DNA of 64,000 bases, taken from positions 13,900 to 77,899 of the forward strand of contig CAZCAV010000002.1 in assembly GCA_964496795.1 (NCBI GenBank). The letters run 5' to 3'. The position numbers and the translations under genes were made by a program. This stretch comes from an uncultured Oscillospiraceae bacterium (GTDB taxonomy: Bacteria > Bacillota > Clostridia > Christensenellales > CAG-138). Below, piece by piece: positions 39,147-47,464 of this stretch (positions within the stretch are counted from its first letter, which is position 1; each line of letters starts with the position of its first letter). The notes under the pieces were generated by a model, which saw only the letters and a list, made by a program, of their open reading frames with translations, was not told the DNA's origin and searched no databases.

Positions 39147-39327
39147 GGCAATCGATCACAACAACGCCGCCAACGAGGTCAACAAAAGAAATCGAGCCGG
39201 AAAAGCGGCAGCTTCTTTCAAGCAGGTCGGTCAGCGTGATATACTCCTTATCGCATTGAATGGATTTCACGTTTTCCATAAGAACACGGCCGTTCTGATC
39301 GTGCTCAAAGGCGGTGGAAAGACACAT
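39136..39327 (-). CDS. cooT: CooT-family small nickel-binding protein
   Basis: 63 aa starting Met-Cys (Cys2 codon 39322-39324), with an LMENV core and a C-terminal beta-rich segment as in CooT. AAGGAG SD. Overlaps the cooC start by 11 nt. Confidence 0.7.
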   Translation of the reverse strand: MCLSTAFEHDQNGRVLMENVKSIQCDKEYITLTDLLERSCRFSGSISFVDLVGGVVVIDCHEE

Positions 39328-39329
39328 AG

Positions 39330-39572
39330 TTACTCCTTTAACGAGGCAAGCGTGGCTGCAAGGCGCATGTTGCCTTTTGCGTAGTCCTCGTTGGCCTGAC
39401 GAATCTGCTTGGCCGCATCCTCTCTTCCAAGCTCCTCAAGCCGGTTGGCAAGCGTTTCCAGCTCGCTGCCGTGGTGTTGGTTATGGTGAAGCATATAGTC
39501 GAGAAGCGCCAGGGCCTCTTGCTCCGTAGGTTCGTGCTGACCGTAGCCGGCGTGATCATGGCCGTCGTGCAT
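39330..39572 (-). CDS. Small histidine-rich helical protein, putative metal (Ni) handling
   Basis: 80 aa with 8 His concentrated in MHDGHDHAGYGQHE and LHHNQHH. Strong AGGAGG SD (39581-39586). The stop is 2 nt before the cooT ATG. Confidence 0.6.
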   Translation of the reverse strand: MHDGHDHAGYGQHEPTEQEALALLDYMLHHNQHHGSELETLANRLEELGREDAAKQIRQANEDYAKGNMRLAATLASLKE

Positions 39573-39584
39573 AGTGATTTCCTC

Positions 39585-40121
39585 CTAATACAAAAGATAA
39601 CAGGCCGTGTAGGCGATGGTATTCGGCCCATAGTAATAGGATAGCCCGTTTTTACTGCAAACATCGGTTACAAGCATTCCGTAGGCTTCCATGGATGAAA
39701 ACGCACGGTTAGGAAAACGGCAGGGCGCGGCGGGATAGGCGCATTTTTCGCAGATACGGCAGCCGCCGGAACCAAGCGAAAGCAGCTTATCGTACCCTGC
39801 ATGCAGCAGATCGCTGAAGCTGGCGAACAGCTCCTTATGACGCTTTTCCGCCTCCATCATGGATTCATAGTCCATGGAATCCTCAAGCTGTCCGATTGTT
39901 TGTACGATAAGGCCCTGCGAATAACCGCGAATACGCGCCTCGCAGTCAGTCAGATCACCGCAGGCGGGAGGGCAGGTCCAACAGGCGCCATATTTGCCGC
40001 ACTTATTTGTGGAGCACATGGCGCGCACCTCGGGCAGCAGTGTGATACAGGACGCATCCATGAAAGCGGCCTTGGAAAAACCGTGCGCCAGTGCTTTGGC
40101 TACCAGATTCTCTGTTTCCAT
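39585..40121 (-). CDS. DUF2284-type predicted metal-binding (Cys-rich) protein
   Basis: 178 aa with CSTNKCGKYGACWTCPPACG and a later CRICEKC motif. The start shares 1 nt with the upstream stop. Confidence 0.7.
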   Translation of the reverse strand: METENLVAKALAHGFSKAAFMDASCITLLPEVRAMCSTNKCGKYGACWTCPPACGDLTDCEARIRGYSQGLIVQTIGQLEDSMDYESMMEAEKRHKELFASFSDLLHAGYDKLLSLGSGGCRICEKCAYPAAPCRFPNRAFSSMEAYGMLVTDVCSKNGLSYYYGPNTIAYTACYLLY

Positions 40122-41833
40122 TATTCAACCTCCGGAAAAGACATTTCGTCAACAAAACAGTCTTGAAAATCCGCGCGTGACGCGAGTTCAAGAAAGTCTG
40201 TCCCGAAAGCAAGATCATTCGCGCCGTCCCAGACGGCGATATCACGCAGGACGCGCTTGGCGCCCTCGCCGGCAGCGTTACCGATGCCGTCTATCCGCTC
40301 CAACAGCGTCATGGGCAAAAGCCCGATGCGGCATGCGCTGCGGGGATCGAGATAATTCCCGAAGGCGCCCGCGATGAGCACCCGCCGAATATCGGAAACG
40401 GAAACGCCGCGTTCGGCGCATAATAACCGGATCCCAGCGGCCATAGCCGCTTTGGCAAGCTGCAGCTCGCGTATGTCCTTTTGGGTAAGCGCTACGCCGT
40501 TTTCAAGGAAAAAAGCGGGCTTGTCATCAACGAGACCCATATGTGAAGAAAACTCTGCAATATTCAGCATCCGGCCGCTTTCATCGATCACGCCCGCATC
40601 CAGCAGTACGGCGACAAGGTCGACAAGGCCGCTTCCACAAATGCCCTTTGGCGCTCCACCGCCGATCACCGTAAAGCTAAGCTTGCCGTTTTCAAGCCGG
40701 ACATGATCGACGGCGCCGGCTGCGCCGCGCATTCCACAGTGGATCATGGCTCCTTCAAAGGCTGGACCGGCCGCGGTGGAACAGGCGATACGGCCGTGCT
40801 TGTCGCCCAGCACAAGCTCGCCGTTGGTACCGATGTCGATGAGCAGCGTCAGTTCTTCGCTTTGAGCCAAATCGGACGCCATCAGTCCGGCCACCGTATC
40901 CGCGCCTACGAAGCCCGCTATATCGGGCAAAACCAAAACTCTGGCCTGTGGGGCGGCCATGACGCCAAGCTCAGATGCGGGAAGCGTCAGCGCCTGCCGA
41001 AGCGCCGCGTTGTAGGGTGCGGTCACCAGCGAGGCAGGTGAAAGACCGAGCAGCAAATGGTGCATGCAGGTGTTGCCGGCAACGGAGAGAAGCCAGACGG
41101 AGGAGGCGGGAACGCCGGCCTCGTTACAAACCATGGAAAGCAATTTGTTCATGGCCTGCCGGATGGCGTTCTGAAGGTCGTTTCCACCATGCTCCAAAGC
41201 GTAGCGCGCGCGTGAAATCACATCCGCGCCATAGGATACCTGTGGATTGAGTATGCTGGAAACGGCCAGCTCCGCACCGGTTTGCGCATCCAGCAAATAG
41301 CATACGACAGTCGTAGTGCCTATGTCGTATGCCGCCATGAAGCACGCGGGTTTTTCTGAAAACAAGCCGAGAAGCTCCGAGCCGCACAGAAGCGCAAAGC
41401 TATTGCCAAAACCGGCCGCGTCGGACATCAGAGGCAGAGAAGCGTGTACGTTCAGTCCCAGACTTTCGGTAAACAGCTCCCATTCCGAACGACAGTCGCC
41501 TATGGAACGCCGGATCTCCGGCACAAAGCGGCAGGTCAAAGCTGGATGAAAACATGATCCGGCGGCCTTAGACGACGTTAAAATGCTTTGGGCGCCGACC
41601 TCGGGTATGCGCACGGTCATATCGGAAACGACCGGCAGCGTGCAGGCGAGCCGGATTCCGTTCTCCGCGCCATCCAGAACCTCGACGCCGCACTTTCCAC
41701 AGCGCCCGGTACCACCGCAATAGCCGGAGCTCATCAGTCCGCAGCTGCGCGCAGCCTCAAAGACCGACGTGCCCTCCGGAACACGCAGGGAAACGTCGTT
41801 TGGAAGAAAGCGAATTTCAAAGCTCTTGGACAT
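40121..41833 (-). CDS. Second RACE-type corrinoid reductive activator ([2Fe-2S] ferredoxin plus ASKHA ATPase)
   Basis: CGGTGRCGKCGV ferredoxin motif, DIGTTT and DIGTNGE ASKHA motifs, 570 aa. Paralogous to the acsV-like gene at 31153-33081. Confidence 0.8.
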   Translation of the reverse strand: MSKSFEIRFLPNDVSLRVPEGTSVFEAARSCGLMSSGYCGGTGRCGKCGVEVLDGAENGIRLACTLPVVSDMTVRIPEVGAQSILTSSKAAGSCFHPALTCRFVPEIRRSIGDCRSEWELFTESLGLNVHASLPLMSDAAGFGNSFALLCGSELLGLFSEKPACFMAAYDIGTTTVVCYLLDAQTGAELAVSSILNPQVSYGADVISRARYALEHGGNDLQNAIRQAMNKLLSMVCNEAGVPASSVWLLSVAGNTCMHHLLLGLSPASLVTAPYNAALRQALTLPASELGVMAAPQARVLVLPDIAGFVGADTVAGLMASDLAQSEELTLLIDIGTNGELVLGDKHGRIACSTAAGPAFEGAMIHCGMRGAAGAVDHVRLENGKLSFTVIGGGAPKGICGSGLVDLVAVLLDAGVIDESGRMLNIAEFSSHMGLVDDKPAFFLENGVALTQKDIRELQLAKAAMAAGIRLLCAERGVSVSDIRRVLIAGAFGNYLDPRSACRIGLLPMTLLERIDGIGNAAGEGAKRVLRDIAVWDGANDLAFGTDFLELASRADFQDCFVDEMSFPEVE

Positions 41834-41845
41834 GTCCTGACCTCC

Positions 41846-41878
41846 GAAAAATCGCGCGGGACGGAAACCCGTCCCGCG
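41846..41878 (-). terminator. Intra-operon GC-rich hairpin plus U-run (attenuating terminator or processing/stability element)
   Basis: 10-bp stem (41855-41864 pairs with 41869-41878), 4-nt loop, followed on the minus strand by CGATTTTTCGGAGG. The GGAGG is the SD of the RACE gene. Confidence 0.55.
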
Positions 41879-41893
41879 TCAAACGAACGAATG

Positions 41894-42529
41894 TTAAGCG
41901 ACGAGCTCCTTGGCCTTCTGGGCGGCGGAGGCTGCGTCAGGGCTGTATGCGTTCGCACCGATCTCGGTGGCGAACTCGGCAGTGATCGGCGCACCGCCGA
42001 CAAGGATCTTGAAGGAGTTACGATTCTCAAGTTCCGACAGCGCTTTGACCGTGTTGCGCATGGCGGGCATGGTGGTGGTCAGAAGAGCGGAAAGAGCAAC
42101 GATTTTGGCATCGGGGTTCTCCTTGACGGTTTCGACGAACTTTTCCACAGGAACGTCTACGCCGAGGTCGATGACCTCAAAGCCTGCGCTCTCGATCATC
42201 ATACCGACGAGATTCTTGCCAATGTCGTGCAGGTCGCCGGCCACAGTGCCGAGGATGACCTTGCCATTCGCGCCGGCTGCGCCGGAGGCAAGATGCGGCT
42301 TAAGAACTTCCACGCCCTTTTTCATGGCGCGGGCGGCAACGAGCATTTCGGGCACGAAAATATCGCCCTTGCTGAAGCGCTCGCCGACGATGGACATGGC
42401 GTCGATCATACCTGTGTTCAGAATTTCCGAAGGATCCGTACCTTCGTTCAGCGCCTCGGTCACGAGATCGCCGATCACCTTGGATTTGCCGGCTTCTACT
42501 GCGGCGGCAATTTCTTGAATTTTTGACAT
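41894..42529 (-). CDS. Cobalamin-binding corrinoid protein (MtbC/MtaC-like, B12-binding cap plus Rossmann domain)
   Basis: 211 aa with the base-off/His-on DxHxxG motif GDLHDIGKNLV. Confidence 0.85.
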   Translation of the reverse strand: MSKIQEIAAAVEAGKSKVIGDLVTEALNEGTDPSEILNTGMIDAMSIVGERFSKGDIFVPEMLVAARAMKKGVEVLKPHLASGAAGANGKVILGTVAGDLHDIGKNLVGMMIESAGFEVIDLGVDVPVEKFVETVKENPDAKIVALSALLTTTMPAMRNTVKALSELENRNSFKILVGGAPITAEFATEIGANAYSPDAASAAQKAKELVA

Positions 42530-42593
42530 TACTGTTTCCTCCTGCTCATTTTTTTATTTCAGTACGGCGGGAGCACCCCGCAGGATTCCGTGA

Positions 42594-43400
42594 TTACTTT
42601 TTCGCTGGCCCAATCAATCCCTGACGGAAGGCGCCGATGTATTCGAGGCAGAATTCATCGTTCTCAAGCAGCGCGTCTGTGGCATAGATCATGCCGAGCA
42701 TGTCGCGATTGGTAGGATCGACAATGGCGCTGTCCATGCCCGCGTTCATAGCCAGCACCATGAACGCCTGATTGATGTTTTTGCGCGCGGGCAGTCCGAA
42801 GGATATATTGGAGAGACCGCTGGTAATATGGATACTTGGATACCGGCGTTTGATTTCACGGCAGCAGGATGCAAAGGTGGTAAGCGCCGTTTCATCGGTG
42901 GAAAGCGTCACTACAAGGGGATCGATGTGCAGGCGTGAAGGCGCTATGCCAAATTCTTCCGCCCGTTTCATGATACCCTCGAACACCTGAATACGCTTTT
43001 CTGCGGAGTTGGGAATACCGTGATCGTCGCAGAGCAACGCCACGCACTGCCAGTCGGTATCTGAGATGACGGGGAACACCAGATCGATTTTATTGCCCTC
43101 GAGAGAAACAGAATTGATAAGTCCGGCCTTTTTGCACAGGGGCATGGCCTCTATGAGAGCTTTGGGATTGGGACTGTCCAGACAAATGGGAGTGTCACAG
43201 ACCTCCTGCACCAGTCCGATCATCCACGCCAGCGTTTCTGCCTCGACCGATACGTCGACCGACGCGCAAACGTCTATAAAGCTGGCGTTTGCCGCCGCCT
43301 GCATACGCGCGCGCTCGCGAATGAAGTCGGCGTCACGTTTTGCAATGGCCTCGCCGACAATGGGGATAGAGCCGTTGAGTTTTTCACCGATGATAATCAT
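42594..43400 (-). CDS. Pterin-binding methyltransferase (methylcorrinoid:tetrahydrofolate, MtrH/MT2 type)
   Basis: 268 aa: IIGEKLNGS, FIDVC, LDSPN, INSVS, GLSNISFGLP. A paralog of acsE and the first gene of the minus-strand block. Confidence 0.8.
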   Translation of the reverse strand: MIIIGEKLNGSIPIVGEAIAKRDADFIRERARMQAAANASFIDVCASVDVSVEAETLAWMIGLVQEVCDTPICLDSPNPKALIEAMPLCKKAGLINSVSLEGNKIDLVFPVISDTDWQCVALLCDDHGIPNSAEKRIQVFEGIMKRAEEFGIAPSRLHIDPLVVTLSTDETALTTFASCCREIKRRYPSIHITSGLSNISFGLPARKNINQAFMVLAMNAGMDSAIVDPTNRDMLGMIYATDALLENDEFCLEYIGAFRQGLIGPAKK

Positions 43401-43494
43401 GAATCTTTCTCCTGCATGCTACATATTATGAATATTCGATGGATGATATATACATTTTAGCAAAAGGATGCCCGTACTGTAATCCAAAATACTA

Positions 43495-43523
43495 TTGACA
43501 TTCATCGCGATTTTTCGTACACT
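43495..43523 (+). promoter_or_regulatory. Sigma-A-like promoter for the PucR-family gene (TTGACA, 17 nt, TACACT)
   Basis: -35 at 43495-43500 and -10 at 43518-43523. This places the TSS near 43530, which argues against the TTG at 43532 as the start. Confidence 0.45.
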
Positions 43524-43549
43524 TTGTAGGATTGGATGGGGTGTTATCT

Positions 43550-45121
43550 ATGCGCTTAAATGTATCTCAGCTGGTATTGGAATTGGAAAAGCGGTTTTCG
43601 GATATACAGAAGCACATCGTTTCGGATGCAATGGAGCTGCAGAGACCCTTGTTATACGAGCAAGGCTGCCCGCTTCAGGATAATCGTGCATACATTTGCA
43701 CGTCCGACGCGCTAAAATCCATCACCGGCATGGGCAATATGCCGGTTTTACTTCTGGCGGTGGGCGGGTCGGATCTCCAATGTGTGGGAAACTTTCAAAA
43801 TATCTGTCTCTTTTCAAAGGAAACGGAGCTTTCTGTGCTGCTGAATGCGACGCAGGCCATATTTGACCGCTATGACGCATGGGATGCGCAGCTTCGCGAC
43901 AGCATGGATGTCGACGGAGATCTGAACGAGCTTCTCAACATTGCCGCTTCCGCGCTGAAGAATCCTGTGATGGTCTGCGCCGCCGATTATTCGATACTGG
44001 GGCGATCGAATACGATAGAGGACAAAGGCGAGTTGCTTGGCTCCCATATTTCCTATAAATTGATTCAAAAGCTCAAAATGAACGCTTCCTTTCAAAAGTA
44101 TGCCGCGCAGCGCCGATCATATCGGTTTTCGGAGACGACTTCCGGAACGGAGTTTCTGTGTGTGAATCTGTATTCCGGTGATGAGTTTGCGTATCGCGTC
44201 ATTGTGGCGGACACAGAGCGGCCCATAACGGCGGAGTGCGAGCTTCTGCTCGAGCATGTGTCCAGCTTTGTGCAAAGGCTGCTTTCCGACAGTCGCTTTA
44301 CGGGCGCATTGTTCGTGCCCGAAAGCCGCTTCAGCCGTGCGGAGTCGCTTTTGAAATCCGCCATATCCAATGAGAAAATCGATTATATTCCTATAATCAA
44401 CGGCTTGTCGGATATATCCTGGCTGCAAACACATCGCTATTGCTGCGTATGCGTTAAAATCGGCTCGCTGGATTATCGCGCGCACACTGTCAAGCTGCTT
44501 TGCAATCAGCTTGAGGAACTTTTGAAGGGCTCCTGCGCCTTTGAGTTCAGCGGCAACATCGTGGTGCTTGTCAATCTGGAGCTTCACGGAGGAGGTGCCG
44601 AGGACGTCATTGGTCAGATGGTGTATTTCCTGCGTGATAATTTTCTCAAGGCCGGTATCAGCGACGAGTTTACCGGTTTTATGGATATGTACTACCATCA
44701 CCGTCAGGCTCTGATCGCACTGGACTTTGTATGCAGGCAGCAATCCTATCTGTGGACTGCTCGATTTCAAGATGTAGCGCTGCCGTATATGATCGAACAG
44801 TGCATGCACGAACTGCCAATGCACGTCGTTTGTGAGCGCAGCATCCTGACCATGCAGCGCTATGACGAGGATCACGGAACCTTCTTTTACAACACGCTCG
44901 CATGCTATATTGAAAACCGATTCAATGCGCTTCAAACAGCCAAGAAAATGTTTATTCACAGGAGCACTTTCCTGTATCGTATGGAGCGTATCAAGGAACT
45001 GTTTCGTATCGACCTTGAAAATGACGACGTGTTATTATACACAATGCTGTCCATGAAGATGCTGGAGCAGAGTCGGTCGATGCGGCCGATCAGCGAGCTT
45101 TCGTATGGAAAGGAGTCGTAA
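43550..45121 (+). CDS. PucR-family transcriptional regulator
   Basis: C-terminal PucR HTH (LQTAKKMFIHRSTFLYRMERIKELF) and a long N-terminal sensor region. Divergent from the methyltransferase/acs block. Confidence 0.75.
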   Translation: MRLNVSQLVLELEKRFSDIQKHIVSDAMELQRPLLYEQGCPLQDNRAYICTSDALKSITGMGNMPVLLLAVGGSDLQCVGNFQNICLFSKETELSVLLNATQAIFDRYDAWDAQLRDSMDVDGDLNELLNIAASALKNPVMVCAADYSILGRSNTIEDKGELLGSHISYKLIQKLKMNASFQKYAAQRRSYRFSETTSGTEFLCVNLYSGDEFAYRVIVADTERPITAECELLLEHVSSFVQRLLSDSRFTGALFVPESRFSRAESLLKSAISNEKIDYIPIINGLSDISWLQTHRYCCVCVKIGSLDYRAHTVKLLCNQLEELLKGSCAFEFSGNIVVLVNLELHGGGAEDVIGQMVYFLRDNFLKAGISDEFTGFMDMYYHHRQALIALDFVCRQQSYLWTARFQDVALPYMIEQCMHELPMHVVCERSILTMQRYDEDHGTFFYNTLACYIENRFNALQTAKKMFIHRSTFLYRMERIKELFRIDLENDDVLLYTMLSMKMLEQSRSMRPISELSYGKES

Positions 45122-45123
45122 CA

Positions 45124-45804
45124 ATGCACTATAAAATTATCGGGGAATCGTTGCCGGCCGTGAGCATTACCTGCAGCGCCGGCGAAAGACTGTTTGCTCA
45201 AGCGGGCGCGATGACCTGGATGACGGATGATTTTGACGTAGACGCCAGCGTCAGAGGCGGCTTTATGAAGGGCTTGGGCCGTATGCTGGCCGGAGAATCC
45301 ATGTTTCTGATGACCTACACGGCCAGAAAGGATGACGCCGAGATCACCTTTTCCTCAGCGTTTCCCGGTAATATTCTTGCCTTTGCACTGGATGGGAACC
45401 GTGAACTGATTTGCCAGAAGCAGGCCTTTCTATGCGCGAGCGACGGCATTGAAACAGAGCTTGCGTTCAATACGCCAAAAGCCGGTTTTTTTGGCGGCGA
45501 GGGATTCATCATGCAGCGTATCAAGGGCTGTGGGATGGTGTTTCTGGAGCTTGACGGCGCCGTGACCGAAAAAACGCTCGCCACAGGCGAGCGTATACGC
45601 GTTGATACCGGAAATGTCGCGGCCTTTGACGCCTCGGTGCGCTATACTGCCGATACGATAAAGGGTCTCAAGAACGCAATGCTCGGCGGCGAGGGCCTGT
45701 TCCTGTCGGTATTGGAAGGCCCTGGCAGCGTCTATCTGCAAACGATGGACGTGCAATCGCTGGTCGGGCGCATTTTGCCCTATTTGCCGGTCAAAAACAC
45801 TTGA
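45124..45804 (+). CDS. TIGR00266/AIM24-family protein
   Basis: 226 aa: MHYKIIGESLPAV...AGAMTWM...GEGFIMQRIKG.G.VFLE...G.VYLQTM pattern. The start is 2 nt after the PucR stop. Confidence 0.7.
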   Translation: MHYKIIGESLPAVSITCSAGERLFAQAGAMTWMTDDFDVDASVRGGFMKGLGRMLAGESMFLMTYTARKDDAEITFSSAFPGNILAFALDGNRELICQKQAFLCASDGIETELAFNTPKAGFFGGEGFIMQRIKGCGMVFLELDGAVTEKTLATGERIRVDTGNVAAFDASVRYTADTIKGLKNAMLGGEGLFLSVLEGPGSVYLQTMDVQSLVGRILPYLPVKNT

Positions 45805-45805
45805 G

Positions 45806-46396
45806 CTATTTGCCGATGCGCAGTGGGCCGGCCTTGGCCGCCTTTTGTAAATAGCTGCCGCGCTGCACCTTGACGTCGCTGATAGTGATGACGCTCCCTG
45901 GACAGTTGGCTTCCAACCAGGTTACGGCCTCTTGACAACGTTTTCGCTGCATAGTCATAAGCAGCATGGTGTGATCGGAGTAACGCCCGTGAACATCGAG
46001 CGAGGTGATGCCAAAGCCAAGCTTGCGAAGCTGCACCTCGGCCGAGGCCGCCTTAGCGGAATCGGAGATGATGACCTGTAAGGAACAGAGCCCGAACGCC
46101 AGCCTGTCATCCAGTATGGAGCCGAGATAATTGCCAAGTGCAAAAGCAAGGGCATAAACGAGCCCCTTAAGATAATCGTCGCGAAAGCCGACGAGCACGG
46201 AACTGGCTACTACCAGCCAGATCACGATTTCTATAATGGCGATGATGGAGCCTATCGTGCGTTCGCCGCGATTGATAAGCACGATGCGCAAGGTGCCGAA
46301 ACTGACCTCCAGAATTTTGCCGAAAAAAATAAAAAGGTATACCCAAATGGATGTACCGAGAGCAAAGTCGGCGATGCTTTGTAGAACCTGATTCAT
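45806..46396 (-). CDS. UPF0316 (DUF5698/DUF2179) membrane protein
   Basis: Three N-terminal TM helices (ILEVSFGTLRIVLINRGER signature) and a C-terminal DUF2179-like soluble domain. GGAAGGGAG SD lies before the ATG at 46396. Confidence 0.7.
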   Translation of the reverse strand: MNQVLQSIADFALGTSIWVYLFIFFGKILEVSFGTLRIVLINRGERTIGSIIAIIEIVIWLVVASSVLVGFRDDYLKGLVYALAFALGNYLGSILDDRLAFGLCSLQVIISDSAKAASAEVQLRKLGFGITSLDVHGRYSDHTMLLMTMQRKRCQEAVTWLEANCPGSVITISDVKVQRGSYLQKAAKAGPLRIGK

Positions 46397-46490
46397 GAAA
46401 AAACTCCCTTCCTGCGCGGTGATTATACTATCGGACGATTGCTCTGTCAACGCCGCGTTTGTAAACTATTATGCAGAGATGGTGATATTT

Positions 46491-47213
46491 ATGGAGCCGG
46501 GAACGGCGAGCTGGAATCCATGGCATGGCTGCCATAAGCTTTCGGAGGGATGTCAGAACTGTTATGTCTACCGCCGCGACGAACGCTACGGACTGGATGC
46601 TTCGGATGTGCATCGAACGGGCGAATTCTATCTGCCGGTTCAGCACGCGCGCGGCGGCGGTTACAAGCTTGCTTGCGGCACGCTCGTGTATACCTGCTTT
46701 ACTTCGGATTTCCTGTTAGCGGAAGCGGACATTTGGCGCGAGGAGGCATGGCGCATGATACGCGAGCGTGCGGATTGTATATTCTTTTTCATTACCAAGC
46801 GCATCAACAGATTTACCGCCTGCCTGCCGGAGGATTGGGGAGAGGGCTACCCCAATGTCCGCGTCTGCTGTACTGTAGAGAACCAAAACCGTGCCGATCT
46901 ACGGCTCCCGATATTTCGAGACGCGCCTATACGTCACAAGCAGATCGTCTGTGAGCCTTTGCTTGGCCCCATACAGCTTTCACCTTATCTCGGCTCCTGG
47001 GTGCGTGGCGTTTCGGTAGGCGGCGAGTCCGGCCCCGAGGCGCGTATCTGCCGCTATGACTGGGTGCTGGATATACGCCGTCAATGTATGGAAGCGTGCG
47101 TTCCTTTCAATTTTAGACAGACCGGATACCGCTTCGCCAAGGATGGAAAGCTGTATCTTGTTAAGCGTTCTCTGCAGCATACGCAGGCGCATAAGGCGAA
47201 TATAGACATATAG
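46491..47213 (+). CDS. DUF5131 (phage Gp37/Gp68-like) protein
   Basis: N-terminal WNPWHGCHKLSEGCQNCY signature. The start is uncertain (46479 or 46491). Confidence 0.7.
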   Translation: MEPGTASWNPWHGCHKLSEGCQNCYVYRRDERYGLDASDVHRTGEFYLPVQHARGGGYKLACGTLVYTCFTSDFLLAEADIWREEAWRMIRERADCIFFFITKRINRFTACLPEDWGEGYPNVRVCCTVENQNRADLRLPIFRDAPIRHKQIVCEPLLGPIQLSPYLGSWVRGVSVGGESGPEARICRYDWVLDIRRQCMEACVPFNFRQTGYRFAKDGKLYLVKRSLQHTQAHKANIDI

Positions 47214-47398
47214 CGCCCTCCTGCGTCCCTGAGAAATCTTGCAGCGAATGCAGATTTGTCCAACTTGTTTGACAAACCTGCATGTATCCTGAGAAACTGT
47301 GTTCTGCCAAAGACATATCCAACATGCTTCAAAGCCTGCGAGGTACTGTAACAAAATCACCCCAACGGACACTGAGCTGATCGGATTGCGTTTTGCGC

Positions 47399-47441
47399 TT
47401 GACAATAATCATGTAGCATGCTACAATTCGTAGCGTGCTAC
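47399..47441 (+). promoter_or_regulatory. marR promoter (TTGACA, 17 nt, TACAAT) with two palindromic operators GTAGCATGCTAC and GTAGCGTGCTAC
   Basis: -35 at 47399-47404 and -10 at 47422-47427. A perfect 12-bp palindrome at 47413-47424 overlaps the -10. A second near-identical copy lies at 47430-47441. Confidence 0.55.
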
Positions 47442-47464
47442 ATTACGCAGGAAAGGAGAACAGG

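Noticed and set aside
42530-42593. Terminator between the MT2 gene and the corrinoid protein gene (GCGGG-AGCAC-CCCGC).
   Set aside because: The stem is only 5 bp, and on the transcribed (minus) strand it is followed by an A-run rather than a U-run. It is more likely just spacer sequence carrying the SD.
22967-43400. Selenocysteine or programmed-frameshift genes, which would be expected near Stickland and Wood-Ljungdahl functions.
   Set aside because: No pair of adjacent same-frame ORFs is interrupted by a single TGA, and no truncated family members were seen. All enzymes here read through as complete proteins.
43401-43531. Cobalamin riboswitch in front of the corrinoid methyltransferase operon.
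   Set aside because: The 131-nt intergenic region is AT-rich, is shared with the divergent pucR promoter, and contains no B12-box-like GCCACTG element on the minus strand.
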